The notes under the pieces are model-generated. The model was given only the letters and a program-made list of their open reading frames with translations. It ran no database searches and was not told the DNA's origin. A program made the translations under genes and the position numbers. Below, one piece after another: positions 10,226 to 19,779 of a stretch of 64,000 bases of DNA (positions are counted from its first letter, which is position 1; the number at the start of each line of letters is the position of its first letter). Source of the stretch: Actinomycetota bacterium (GTDB lineage Bacteria; Actinomycetota; Acidimicrobiia; IMCC26256; PALSA-610); NCBI GenBank assembly GCA_005773635.1, contig SXHN01000079.1, forward strand, positions 36,568-100,567. Reading direction: 5' to 3'.

Positions 10226-11530
10226 CTAGTGCTCGGTTGCGTCGATTGCTGCTAGCTCGCCGGTGACGAGATCGATGACTGAGGTTGCAATGTGCACTCG
10301 GTTGCGTCCTTGACGTTTTGCTGTGAGTAACGCCGAGTCGGCTGCGGCTAGCACAGTTGCAAGGGAACACCCACTAGCGCAGTCAGCGATGCCGAATGAC
10401 GCTCCGATTTCCGGTAGCCGCGCAGCAGCCAATGTGCGGGTGAAATGTTTGCGGACGCGCTCAACTGCTCGCTCGGCTTGTGCAGCGGTGCAATCGCTGA
10501 TCACCATCACGAATTCATCACCGCCGAAACGAGCGACGAGATCTTCGGGATGCAACGCGCTGCGCATGGCCTCTGCGAACGCGCGCAACGTTTGATCGCC
10601 TACCTCATGCCCGTGGGTGTCGTTGATGGCTTTGAAGTCGTCGAGATCGGTGATCGCTACCGCAAATGGAGTGTTGGCATCGACAAGGTCGCGAACATGG
10701 GTATCGAGGCTGCGGCGGTTGTAGGCGCCGGTGAGTGGGTCGGTTGCGGCACGTTCGTTGGCGTGTTCGACGGCGCGTAGCAGCGATATCCGGCCCGCGG
10801 CTTGTGACGCGAGTTCCTCGAATCGAACAATGTCTTCGGACGTTGCGGCATCGTCGGGAGTCGACGTGATGTGCAGCACTCCGACGTTGCGGCCCGCGAC
10901 AGTGAGCGGAACGCAGACCGATGAAATTTCTCCGCAGCTTCGCCCGCGAAGATACGCGCAGGCGTCGATGGCCTCGCTGGAGTCGAACGTCTCGGTGTGC
11001 CCATGCTGTACGGCTCGACAGCCGCGAAGTGTCGTGACGTTGCATCCTGCGCCGTCTGCAACAGTGGGTGTGCTCGCAGCACACGCGAGCTGATCGGTTC
11101 CCGTTTCGTCGACGAGTAGCAACTGGCCAGGTTTTGTCGGAACGATTTCCTGTATTGCTCTGGCGACGACATCTACAACTCCAGACTCTGACGTCGTTGC
11201 TTCGATTGCCCGCCAAAGCCGAGCATCGAACGTACGCCGCGCGAGGCTGTGTTCGAGGCGGGCGATCCGAGCGTCGCGTTGGGCGACCTTGCTGGTGTAT
11301 TGCGCGTGGACCGGCCGTTGAATCAGCCAGGTGTTGAGCGCGATGATGGTCGCGATTCCAGCCACAATCGTGAGCGCCAGGGGAATGGCTCCACTCGATG
11401 GTGCCACGCCACCGATGAGCATGCCGACGGCGAACGACGCGATGGAACCCGTCGTGATGCCGAGGAACAAGTTGGTGTTGGTGTTGGTGCTCTGAGGTTG
11501 CATCGTGAGCGATCCTGATGAAGCGTCCAA
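10226..11530 (-). CDS. Membrane-anchored diguanylate cyclase (TM, coiled-coil, Cys-rich GAF-like sensor, GGDEF)
   Basis: The GGDEF motif is present exactly (RFGGDEFVMV), with the upstream RxxD I-site region. The N-terminus has hydrophobic helices. Confidence 0.85.
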   Translation of the reverse strand: MDASSGSLTMQPQSTNTNTNLFLGITTGSIASFAVGMLIGGVAPSSGAIPLALTIVAGIATIIALNTWLIQRPVHAQYTSKVAQRDARIARLEHSLARRTFDARLWRAIEATTSESGVVDVVARAIQEIVPTKPGQLLLVDETGTDQLACAASTPTVADGAGCNVTTLRGCRAVQHGHTETFDSSEAIDACAYLRGRSCGEISSVCVPLTVAGRNVGVLHITSTPDDAATSEDIVRFEELASQAAGRISLLRAVEHANERAATDPLTGAYNRRSLDTHVRDLVDANTPFAVAITDLDDFKAINDTHGHEVGDQTLRAFAEAMRSALHPEDLVARFGGDEFVMVISDCTAAQAERAVERVRKHFTRTLAAARLPEIGASFGIADCASGCSLATVLAAADSALLTAKRQGRNRVHIATSVIDLVTGELAAIDATEH

Positions 11531-11678
11531 AGTGGGCGGCGGATGAAATTGCGCTTCTACTGATCGGTCACGTGACCGTGGTTCTGACCTATGGTGTCAC
11601 GTAGTGCACTATTCGAGGTATTTGTGCCATTGCGTATTGGAGTAGACGAATCTCGAGCTGTGGTCTATACTCCGGCCG

Positions 11679-11717
11679 ATGTTGTTTTCCACGACCCTCG
11701 TAGTAGTAGTTACTTAG
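11679..11717 (+). CDS. ilvB leader peptide MLFSTTLVVVVT (branched-chain amino-acid attenuation)
   Basis: A 12-codon ORF with four consecutive Val codons plus Leu/Thr codons lies about 95 nt upstream of ilvB and is followed by alternative hairpins and a terminator. Confidence 0.6.
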   Translation: MLFSTTLVVVVT

Positions 11718-11750
11718 CGCACGGGCCGTCTCGCGTCCGTGCGCTGCCAA

Positions 11751-11776
11751 CCCCTCCAGTCGGAGGGGTTTTTGTT
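11751..11776 (+). terminator. Intrinsic terminator of the ilvB attenuator
   Basis: cccctcc-agtc-ggagggg followed by ttttt. It is preceded by a competing hairpin, gcacgg...ccgtgc (11719-11740), directly after the leader stop codon. Confidence 0.55.
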
Positions 11777-11810
11777 TGCCAAAAATGTTCACCCCAACCG
11801 GGAGCATCAC

Positions 11811-13544
11811 ATGAAACCAACTGGAAAAATCACAGGCGCCCAAGCCCTCATCCGGAGCTTGGAAATGGAAGGCGTCGAAGTCATGTTCGGCCTTCCGGGC
11901 GGGGCGATTCTCCCTGTATACGACCCGCTGATCGACTCATCGATTCGCCACATTCTCGTGCGTCATGAACAAGGCGCGGGGCACATGGCAAGCGGATACG
12001 CGCATGCGACCGGCCGCCCAGGCGTGGCGATGGTCACGAGTGGCCCGGCGGCGACCAACATTGTGACGCCGTTGGCGGATGCCTACCTCGACTCAGTGCC
12101 GATGGTGGTTATTACGGGACAGGTGCCATACGCCGCGATCGGGACCGACGCGTTTCAAGAGTGCGACACGGTCGGCATCACGATGCCCGTCACGAAGCAC
12201 AACTGGTTGGTCACCGATGCCCGCGACATTCCCACCATCATCCGCGAAGCCTTTCACGTCGCTACGACGGGTCGCCCGGGCCCTGTGTTGGTCGACTTCC
12301 CGAAGGATGTCGCGACGCAAATGATGGATTGGTATTGGCCAGATGGCGTGGATATGCCTGGTTACAAGCCAACTACCAAGGGACATCCGAAGCAGGTGAA
12401 AGATGCGGCGCGACTGATTGTTGCCGCGCAACGTCCTGTTATCTACGCCGGTGGCGGAATCTTGAAGGCGCGCGCTGCCGATGCGTTGAAGACATTTGCT
12501 GAGCTCACCGGGATTCCGGTCGTGACCACGCTGATGGCGCGCGGCGCGTTCCCAGACAAGCATGAACTGTGTCTCGGTATGCCCGGGATGCACGGCAATT
12601 ACACGGCGATCACTGCGCTGCAGCAAAGCGATTTGCTCATCACCTTGGGCGCTCGCTTTGACGACCGGGTTACCGGCAAGGTTGGCGCGTTTGCGCCCGA
12701 CGCGAAAATCATTCACGTCGATATTGATCCTGCGGAGCAAGGCAAGGTGCGTCGCCCTGATGTGCCGATCGTCGGAGACTGTAAGCAGGTCATCGAAGAA
12801 CTCATCAAAGCGACGAAGGCCGAGATCAGCAAACACGCCGCAGCCAATATCAGTGAGTGGAAAGCGACGATTCAGCAATGGCAGCTGGACTTTCCGCTGT
12901 ATTACGAACAAGAAGAAGGTGGCACGCTGAAGCCGCAGTTTGTGATCGAAAAACTCCGTGAAAACACGCCTGATGATTGCATCCTCGCCTCTGGCGTGGG
13001 GCAGCATCAGATGTGGGCGAGCCAGCACTGGCAGTTCAATTACCCCTACACCTGGATCAACTCGGGTGGCCTCGGCACGATGGGATACTCAGTGCCAGCA
13101 GCGATTGGTGCGAAGGTTGGTCGTCCCGACCGCATGGTGTGGGCCGTCGATGGTGATGGTTGCTTCCAGATGACCGCGCAGGAACTGGTCACCGCGGCTG
13201 CGGAACGCATTCCGGTGAAGATCGCGATTCTCAACAACGCGTATCTCGGCATGGTGCGCCAATGGCAGGAACTCTTCTACGAGGAGCGATACAGCGAGGT
13301 GTACCTGTCGCCTGACCTCCCCGACTACGTGAAATGGGCTGAGGCCATGGGCTGCGTCGGTATGCGCTGTGACAACGCCGACGACGTGGTTGCCACTATT
13401 GAAAAGGCCAACGCCATCAACGATCGTCCAGTCGTGATCGACTTCCGCACGGACTATCGCGAAAAGGTCTACCCGATGGTCGCCGCGGGGACATCTAACG
13501 ACGACGTCATCCTCCATCCTGCCCTCAACGAGAAATCTCGATAG
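11811..13544 (+). CDS. ilvB: Acetolactate synthase large subunit
   Basis: TPP enzyme with an AHAS-like N-terminus ([32 protein letters not shown]) and the C-terminal [10 protein letters not shown] motif. The start is at the internal ATG with an upstream GGAG. Confidence 0.9.
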   Translation: MKPTGKITGAQALIRSLEMEGVEVMFGLPGGAILPVYDPLIDSSIRHILVRHEQGAGHMASGYAHATGRPGVAMVTSGPAATNIVTPLADAYLDSVPMVVITGQVPYAAIGTDAFQECDTVGITMPVTKHNWLVTDARDIPTIIREAFHVATTGRPGPVLVDFPKDVATQMMDWYWPDGVDMPGYKPTTKGHPKQVKDAARLIVAAQRPVIYAGGGILKARAADALKTFAELTGIPVVTTLMARGAFPDKHELCLGMPGMHGNYTAITALQQSDLLITLGARFDDRVTGKVGAFAPDAKIIHVDIDPAEQGKVRRPDVPIVGDCKQVIEELIKATKAEISKHAAANISEWKATIQQWQLDFPLYYEQEEGGTLKPQFVIEKLRENTPDDCILASGVGQHQMWASQHWQFNYPYTWINSGGLGTMGYSVPAAIGAKVGRPDRMVWAVDGDGCFQMTAQELVTAAAERIPVKIAILNNAYLGMVRQWQELFYEERYSEVYLSPDLPDYVKWAEAMGCVGMRCDNADDVVATIEKANAINDRPVVIDFRTDYREKVYPMVAAGTSNDDVILHPALNEKSR

Positions 13545-13546
13545 CC

Positions 13547-14080
13547 ATGGCCTATAACGCTCGTCATCACATTTTGTCAGTCCTCGTCGAGAATAAAGCA
13601 GGCGTACTCACTCGCGTCGCGGCGTTGTTTTCTCGACGAGCGTTCAACATTGTGTCGCTCGCAGTCAGTCCAACTGAAGACGAACGGTTTTCGCGCATGA
13701 CCATCGTGGTCGACGCAGATGCATCGCCGTTGGAACAAATCGTGAAACAACTCAACAAACTGATCCCCGTGATCAAGATCAGTGAGATCGCGCACAGTGA
13801 GGGGGTCGAGCGTGAGATGATGTTGCTTACGTTGAAAGCCGGTTCGGAAACTCGTTCGCAGGTGACGGAGCTTTCATCAATCTTTGATGCCAAGATCATC
13901 GACGTTGGCTACGAAGCGATGACGATGATGGTGGTTGGAGAGCCTGACAAACTCGACGCGTTTAGTGACTTGGTGCGGCCGTTTGGCATTCTCGAAATGC
14001 AACGAACTGGCCGCATCGCGATGCCAAAACTGGCCCGTCAACCGGTGAAACTTCGCGCCGTCAGGGCGGCCCGAGGCTGA
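13547..14080 (+). CDS. ilvN: Acetolactate synthase small (regulatory) subunit
   Basis: ACT domain ([28 protein letters not shown]) immediately downstream of ilvB. Confidence 0.9.
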   Translation: MAYNARHHILSVLVENKAGVLTRVAALFSRRAFNIVSLAVSPTEDERFSRMTIVVDADASPLEQIVKQLNKLIPVIKISEIAHSEGVEREMMLLTLKAGSETRSQVTELSSIFDAKIIDVGYEAMTMMVVGEPDKLDAFSDLVRPFGILEMQRTGRIAMPKLARQPVKLRAVRAARG

Positions 14081-14139
14081 CATCGTGGGCTGGCGCCCGT
14101 AGCCTTGCATCTGTTCATTTTCCTCAAGGAGACCATTCA

Positions 14140-15168
14140 ATGGCCGCAACTGTGTACTACGACAAAGACGCCGATTCGGCGCTGCTCGCCACCAAGAAGG
14201 TAGCGATTCTGGGATACGGCTCTCAAGGCCACGCCCACGCGTTGAATTTGAAAGAATCTGGTGTCGACGTCATCGTCGGGTTGCGGGAAGGGTCGCCTTC
14301 CAAGGCCAAGGCCGAAGCTGCAGGGCTCAAGGTGCTACCAACCGGCGAAGCGGTGGCGGCCTCGGACATTGTGATGGTGTTGCTCCCCGACACTGAGCAG
14401 CGCCATGTGTTCACCTCCGACATTGCTCCCAACTTGAAGTCGGGCGCATCATTGGCGTTCGCTCACGGTCTCAACATCCACTTCGACCTCATCAAGCCTG
14501 CCGCCGACGTCGACGTTTGGATGATCGCGCCGAAAGGGCCTGGCCATCTCGTACGCCGCACCTATGAAGAAGGCGGCGGCGTGCCGTGTTTGGTTGCGGT
14601 CGCCCAAGACTCAACGGGCAAAGCCAAAGAAATTGCGTTGGCCTACGCGCAAGCGATCGGTGGCGGTCGCGCTGGAATTCTGAACACCACGTTCCAAGAA
14701 GAAACCGAAACCGATCTTTTCGGTGAACAGGTCGTGTTGTGTGGCGGTTTGGTCGAACTCATCAAGAATGGTTTTGAGACTTTGGTGGAAGCGGGCTATC
14801 AGCCAGAGTCGGCCTACTTCGAAACGTTGCACGAAGTGAAGCTCATCGTTGATCTCATCTATGAAGGTGGTATTGGTGCGATGCATTACAGCATCAGTGA
14901 CACCGCGGAGTACGGCGACTCCACCCGCGGTCCGCGTATCGTCACCAAAGCCACCAAAGCGGAGATGAAGAAGATCCTGAGCGAGATCCAAACTGGCGAG
15001 TTCGCTCGTGAGTGGATTAGCGAAAACGACAACGGTCGCCCAAATTTCAATCGGTATCGCACCGAGACCGACGCGCACCCGATCGAGAAGGTCGGTGCGG
15101 AACTTCGTGCAATGATGCCGTGGATTTCTGCGGGTAAGACCCGTCCTCAGGACGCGTCTGGCGGTTGA
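14140..15168 (+). CDS. ilvC: Ketol-acid reductoisomerase
   Basis: Class I KARI: [17 protein letters not shown] Rossmann region and conserved C-terminal knotted domain. An AGGAG RBS lies upstream. Confidence 0.9.
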   Translation: MAATVYYDKDADSALLATKKVAILGYGSQGHAHALNLKESGVDVIVGLREGSPSKAKAEAAGLKVLPTGEAVAASDIVMVLLPDTEQRHVFTSDIAPNLKSGASLAFAHGLNIHFDLIKPAADVDVWMIAPKGPGHLVRRTYEEGGGVPCLVAVAQDSTGKAKEIALAYAQAIGGGRAGILNTTFQEETETDLFGEQVVLCGGLVELIKNGFETLVEAGYQPESAYFETLHEVKLIVDLIYEGGIGAMHYSISDTAEYGDSTRGPRIVTKATKAEMKKILSEIQTGEFAREWISENDNGRPNFNRYRTETDAHPIEKVGAELRAMMPWISAGKTRPQDASGG

Positions 15169-15196
15169 TTCGCCGGGCAGCCGCCATGTAGTTTCT

Positions 15197-15234
15197 GTGC
15201 ATCGCCCGGCGCCTGTTGGTTCCGGGCGATGCAC
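15197..15234 (+). terminator. Perfect 13-bp inverted repeat downstream of ilvC (putative operon terminator with no U-tract)
   Basis: gtgcatcgcccgg / ccgggcgatgcac with a 12-nt loop, 29 nt after the ilvC stop. Confidence 0.45.
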
Positions 15235-15264
15235 GTAATAGCCCTGCAGCAATAGGAGACGCGT

Positions 15265-16002
15265 ATGCAACTCGGGACCGTGACTGAGCTTTGGCAGTAT
15301 CCGATGAAGTCGTTGCAAGGTATTGTGCGCGATTCAGTCGAAGTTGTGGCGTCGGGGATTGTCGACGACCGTCGGTGGGCGTTGATCGACGGAAAAGGTC
15401 GGCTCTGCTCGGCGAAACGTCATTCAAAGTTGTTTGAAGCGACCGGCCGTCCAGATGGCGCGGTGCAACTTCCGGACGGCTCGATCACTCGCGACGACAA
15501 TGTCATCAGCGCGTGGCTAGGCAGCGATGTTCGGTTGATGGAACGCAATGACGATACGCAAGTCGAATTCGAAATGACGTTCGAACCGCCCAACGATGAC
15601 GCCGAATTCATTCAGTGGCCTGCGCCAGCTGGGACGTTCTTTGACCTCGCGGCCTTGCACATCATTACGACGGCCACGTTGGAACACTGCCGGTCGCTTC
15701 GGCCCGAACTCGACTGGAACATTCGTCGGTATCGGCCCAACATTGTCATTGACGTCGACGTGGAACCGTTTGGCGAAGATGCGTGGGCTGGCACCGATAT
15801 CCAGATCGGCAATGCGGTGATTCGTGTGGATTCGCCAACGATCCGTTGTGCAATGCCACTGCGCGCGCAACCCGGAGGCATCGAACGCCAACCCGAGCTG
15901 TTTCACGCCCTCGATGCAATCCACAGCAATTTTCTAGGCGTGTACTGCAGCGTAACCACACCGGGCTCCATCACCCTCGGCGACGCAATCACCCGCAGCT
16001 GA
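15265..16002 (+). CDS. MOSC-domain protein (MOSC N-terminal beta-barrel plus MOSC)
   Basis: Conserved Cys in the PTIRCAMP context, typical of MOSC sulfur-carrier domains. Confidence 0.75.
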   Translation: MQLGTVTELWQYPMKSLQGIVRDSVEVVASGIVDDRRWALIDGKGRLCSAKRHSKLFEATGRPDGAVQLPDGSITRDDNVISAWLGSDVRLMERNDDTQVEFEMTFEPPNDDAEFIQWPAPAGTFFDLAALHIITTATLEHCRSLRPELDWNIRRYRPNIVIDVDVEPFGEDAWAGTDIQIGNAVIRVDSPTIRCAMPLRAQPGGIERQPELFHALDAIHSNFLGVYCSVTTPGSITLGDAITRS

Positions 16003-16137
16003 CTTCGCGACGTGCGGTTGGCGCGTTTGTATACCGCGGGCGGTGCACTTTCGCGCCGTCGCGCCGTCGCGCCGTCGCTCCGTCGCGGCGTCGCTCCGTC
16101 GCGGCATGGGGCCGGGCGAGTTGGCGTGTTTGAAGCG

Positions 16138-17370
16138 TTATGCCTCGCTTGCTGCGGTCTTTGCGACGATGCTGCGCGCCGCCATGACCGCGGTGCTGAG
16201 GGTTGCCTGCAGGAGATATCCGCCAGTCGGTGCTTCCCAGTCGAGCATCTCACCGACGGCATAGACGCTTGGCCGTTTGCTCAGCATGAAGTCGGCATCT
16301 ACTTCCTGTTGGGCGATGCCGCCGGCGGTCGATATGGCGCGGTCGATCGGCTGAACACCATCGACTTCGATGGAGAGGTTCTTGATGAGATGCGTGAGCT
16401 GTGCAACGTCATGAGGTACGGAATTCCCCGTCTGTTCTCGCAGGAGTGCCACTGCGGCTCGCGACAACCTCAACGTTCGCCGAAGCCAGTTGGATGTTGA
16501 TTCCTTCGGGCGTCGAGATGAGAGTTTTTGGCTCACTGCCTCGGCGGTGCGATCGGGTTGGAGGTCTAACAGGATTGTGGACTCGTGACCGCCTTCGATT
16601 CCGGTGCGTAACGGACGGGCCAAGGCGTAGATCGCGCCGCCCTCGATTCCATTGGCGGTGATCATTGCCTCCCCGCGAACGGTTGCGTTTTGGTATCGCA
16701 ATGCGATGTTCTTGAGAGGTATACCCGCGAAACGCGACGCGAAGTGGTCTGACCACGTAGTCAAAAAGCCACAGTTAGCAGGGCGTAACGGCACAATCTC
16801 GATCCCCGCTGTATTCAGCACCTCGGTCCACGCACCCGTTGCGCCCGTGCCTGGCCATGATGCACCCCCTAGAGAAAGAAGTGTCGCGTGCGGCGAGAAT
16901 TCGGTTTCTCCGAGTGATGGGTGCACGAAGCGCAACGCGTGGTTGTGATTCCAGCCCGTCCATCGGTGTTGGGTGCGGAATTCCACCCCTTGAGTCCGCA
17001 ACCTTTGCAGCAGTTTTCTGAGCAATGGGGTAGCGCGAAACGATGCAGGGAACACCCGGCCGCTCGTGCCTATGAATGTCGTTTCGCCGAGTTCGTTGCA
17101 CCAATTGCGCAGAGCTTCGGGGTCGAATGCCCGAATCGCTGGTTCCAGAAATGACCGATCCGGACCGTATCTATTGAGGAATTCTTCGATTGGCTCACTG
17201 TGGGTGATGTTGAGACCGCCGCGACCGGCGAGGAGAAACTTTCGGCCGGGAGATCGCATCTGATCGAACACCGTGACCGCTAGGCCTGCGCCAGAGAGCA
17301 AGTCTGCAGCAATAAGTCCGGCCGGGCCCCCACCGATGATGGCGACGTGTTGGGTGGGAATTGAGGTCAA
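16138..17370 (-). CDS. FAD-dependent oxidoreductase, HI0933/BaiN (aminoacetone-oxidase-like) family
   Basis: N-terminal GGGPAG dinucleotide motif, NITHS, and C-terminal STAGGIA motifs of the HI0933 family. Confidence 0.75.
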   Translation of the reverse strand: MTSIPTQHVAIIGGGPAGLIAADLLSGAGLAVTVFDQMRSPGRKFLLAGRGGLNITHSEPIEEFLNRYGPDRSFLEPAIRAFDPEALRNWCNELGETTFIGTSGRVFPASFRATPLLRKLLQRLRTQGVEFRTQHRWTGWNHNHALRFVHPSLGETEFSPHATLLSLGGASWPGTGATGAWTEVLNTAGIEIVPLRPANCGFLTTWSDHFASRFAGIPLKNIALRYQNATVRGEAMITANGIEGGAIYALARPLRTGIEGGHESTILLDLQPDRTAEAVSQKLSSRRPKESTSNWLRRTLRLSRAAVALLREQTGNSVPHDVAQLTHLIKNLSIEVDGVQPIDRAISTAGGIAQQEVDADFMLSKRPSVYAVGEMLDWEAPTGGYLLQATLSTAVMAARSIVAKTAASEA

Positions 17371-17918
17371 TCGATCAGCCCGAGGTAAGCACGTACGGCT
17401 TCGAGATTCTCTGCGATTGGCTTGGCCGCGTCGATGAGGAGCTTCGGCTCTGGAAGTGGTTCATACGCACTTCGCGACGCCGCGACGAAGCGCCAGTCGA
17501 GCTCGTCCCATCCGGGGATATTGCGCTGTCTACCGGTGATGCGGGTTTTGTGCACCGCTGCGTCTTCGAGGAAACATTCAATGACAAAGACGGGCGCCGC
17601 GTGTGCAGCGGCCAGATCTGACCACTGCGCGAGTGCTCGTGTTCGAGCGACACAGTCGGTGACTGACGACTGGCCTAGTCGCAGGCGAGACTCAATCATC
17701 CGTGACATCAACTCGTATCCGATGTCGCGTCTCGTGTCGACGTCGGGCGCGGCCGCCCAAACCTCTGGGAACACTCGCAACGCTGACATGATCCAGTCCC
17801 AGTTCAGTAGTGCGGCGTTGGTTTCTTTGGTGATTGCTTCGGCGAGCGTGGACTTGCCGGTGCCAGGTACTCCCGAAAAGACACAGACGAATGGGTTGTT
17901 CACGCCGTGAAGAGCCAT
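17367..17918 (-). CDS. P-loop NTPase / AAA-type kinase-like protein
   Basis: Walker A motif GVPGTGKST; about 180 aa; 4-nt overlap with the downstream flavoprotein gene. Confidence 0.6.
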   Translation of the reverse strand: MALHGVNNPFVCVFSGVPGTGKSTLAEAITKETNAALLNWDWIMSALRVFPEVWAAAPDVDTRRDIGYELMSRMIESRLRLGQSSVTDCVARTRALAQWSDLAAAHAAPVFVIECFLEDAAVHKTRITGRQRNIPGWDELDWRFVAASRSAYEPLPEPKLLIDAAKPIAENLEAVRAYLGLID

Positions 17919-18406
17919 CGAGTGGCAGTGAGAGGGAAATCTGGGTCTCGATCAATGAAGCCAAACGCTTTGTTCGGTACGACGCGAAAGTGCGGTCCGG
18001 GGTGCATTTCGGCAGCGTCCATGTCGTACTTTGCCGCGTACTGCTCCCAGTACGGCACAATGAGATCGGTGGGAATTGCTTCGATGACACCTTCGAGGAT
18101 GACAGGTTCCACCGTGTCGTCAACCGCGATTGAAACGTGACGATTCGTCTCGAAATTTCGGGCCTTTTTCGATAGAACGTCGGTTCCGAAGCAGAACCAA
18201 CGCTCGTCGACAAGGACGCCCCAAATTGGCATCAACTGCGGTCGTTGGTCGGTAGCGACCGAACAGATCCAATATCCACGGGATGCATTGATGCGGTCGA
18301 CGGCCCACGACCACGGCAAGAGTTCGCCTTCAGTTTCGGGTTTGATGCCATATGTAGATGCGGTCACTGGACGAGACGCGGCTACGAAATCGTGTTGCCG
18401 ATTCAT
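17900..18406 (-). CDS. Pyridoxamine-5'-phosphate-oxidase-like (split-barrel, possibly F420/FMN-binding) protein
   Basis: PNPOx-like split-barrel signature region (SVATDQRPQLMPIWGVLVDERWFCFGT). The start is set at the internal MNRQ so it abuts the upstream gene's stop. Confidence 0.65.
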   Translation of the reverse strand: MNRQHDFVAASRPVTASTYGIKPETEGELLPWSWAVDRINASRGYWICSVATDQRPQLMPIWGVLVDERWFCFGTDVLSKKARNFETNRHVSIAVDDTVEPVILEGVIEAIPTDLIVPYWEQYAAKYDMDAAEMHPGPHFRVVPNKAFGFIDRDPDFPLTATRWLFTA

Positions 18407-19779
18407 ATCGAGCCGGCATTCGTCAGACCGACTTGCGATTGTCGACGCCTCATGACGAAGGCGTCGATAGCGAAGGCAGTAGCTGTCCATACGAAGATGC
18501 GCGCTTGCACCGCGGCGCCCAATGAATGGCGCGCAAGCTCGAGGGCATCACCGTGAAACGCGGCCAGGGCGTGAGGAATCACGATACAGCCAATGGCAAG
18601 AATTGTGCATCCAAGACCGCGACGCGCTCGGTCTCCAAACCACAATGCCATTGCCAATCCAACCGATGCCAACGCCGCCCAGGCTGCCGTTATACGAAAT
18701 GGTGGTAGTCCGAGACCGCCGATGGCACGGGTGATCGGACCAGGTCGCATGCCTTGGGCAATTGCAATCGGTTCAAGGTTGGGGGTGAATTGATCGGACA
18801 TCATTGCCAGTGGTTTGGTTGCGACGAACCAAGGATGGGTCAACAGATACTTCATATAGACCGCTTGCCCGTGATCGTCGAGCCACCGTCGAAGCGGTTG
18901 GTAGTACGGGTCGTCACTTTGGAACGCCGGATATGTCAGGAAGTAATTGGCTTGCAACGTTTGTATCGCGCCGTCGTTCGGCAGCCCTTCATCGAGCAGC
19001 CATTCGTACGCGACTGGGTCATCTGCGATTCGCAGAACGATTGTTTCAGCAATTGGCCAGTACGAGCGATTCGCCGTTGACGACCATGTCATCGCAGTTG
19101 CGCCAACGATCACAAGCACCGTCGCGCTCGCGAAGAGGCGGGCACCGTGGGTTGCGCGACAACGTGGCACCATCCACGCCGAGAACGCGACCAGACCTAA
19201 ACAACCAGCAATAATGGCGTTGATGTCGCGAACAAACGAAGCGAAGATCAGTGCTGCAACGAATGCGATGGTCGTGCGGGTGTCAGCCCGCATCGCTAGT
19301 TGAATCGCAAGTGCGATTACCACGCAAGTGCTGCTGATAGCCAAGCTTTCTGTGGCAATTGCGACGTCGTACATCACAAACGCGGGCGTAAGTCCGGTTG
19401 CCAATATCCCGATGAATGCGAGCCATTGCGCGGTAGCGGAACGCATTGCGTGACGAACGCTGAGCGCGACACCCAACCAAGAGGCGATGGAAATAGCGGT
19501 TTGCGCGATCACGATGAGGCGGAGGTTGCGGCCGAGCACTTTGAGCATCAATGGGAAAATAAAAGGTCCCGGCGCTGTATAGAAATCCAACGAAAACAAC
19601 GAGGTCTGTGATGCCGTCGTATACGTGGGAGTGTCGGACCCAACGATGACGTGAATCCCACCTGTGTCGGTCGGTAACATCGCTCGAATCGCGTACCCAA
19701 TTTTGAGCGCAACAAAGATCGCTCCGATTGCAATGATTGCGGGATGGGGCTTCAGCGTTCGGGAGTTCGTCATGATCAT
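18403..19779 (-). CDS. Polytopic membrane protein, candidate GT-C-type glycosyltransferase
   Basis: The ~459-aa product starting MIMTNSRTLKPHPAIIAIGAIF has more than 10 predicted TM helices and periplasmic loops. Its ATG overlaps the TGA of the upstream membrane-protein gene (ATGA). The ORF-track N-terminal extension to 20565 is an Arg-rich artefact that overlaps the neighbouring gene. Confidence 0.6.
   Translation of the reverse strand: MIMTNSRTLKPHPAIIAIGAIFVALKIGYAIRAMLPTDTGGIHVIVGSDTPTYTTASQTSLFSLDFYTAPGPFIFPLMLKVLGRNLRLIVIAQTAISIASWLGVALSVRHAMRSATAQWLAFIGILATGLTPAFVMYDVAIATESLAISSTCVVIALAIQLAMRADTRTTIAFVAALIFASFVRDINAIIAGCLGLVAFSAWMVPRCRATHGARLFASATVLVIVGATAMTWSSTANRSYWPIAETIVLRIADDPVAYEWLLDEGLPNDGAIQTLQANYFLTYPAFQSDDPYYQPLRRWLDDHGQAVYMKYLLTHPWFVATKPLAMMSDQFTPNLEPIAIAQGMRPGPITRAIGGLGLPPFRITAAWAALASVGLAMALWFGDRARRGLGCTILAIGCIVIPHALAAFHGDALELARHSLGAAVQARIFVWTATAFAIDAFVMRRRQSQVGLTNAGSI

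Noticed and set aside
10605-11216. 203-aa and 171-aa minus-strand Arg-rich ORFs
   Set aside because: Alternative frames inside the GGDEF gene; extreme Arg/Ser/Pro content.
12093-13028. 311-aa minus-strand ORF
   Set aside because: Antisense to ilvB.
16040-16110. Possible CRISPR-like array
   Set aside because: Repeat units are only 8-9 bp, contiguous without spacers, and no cas genes are nearby; this is a simple tandem repeat.
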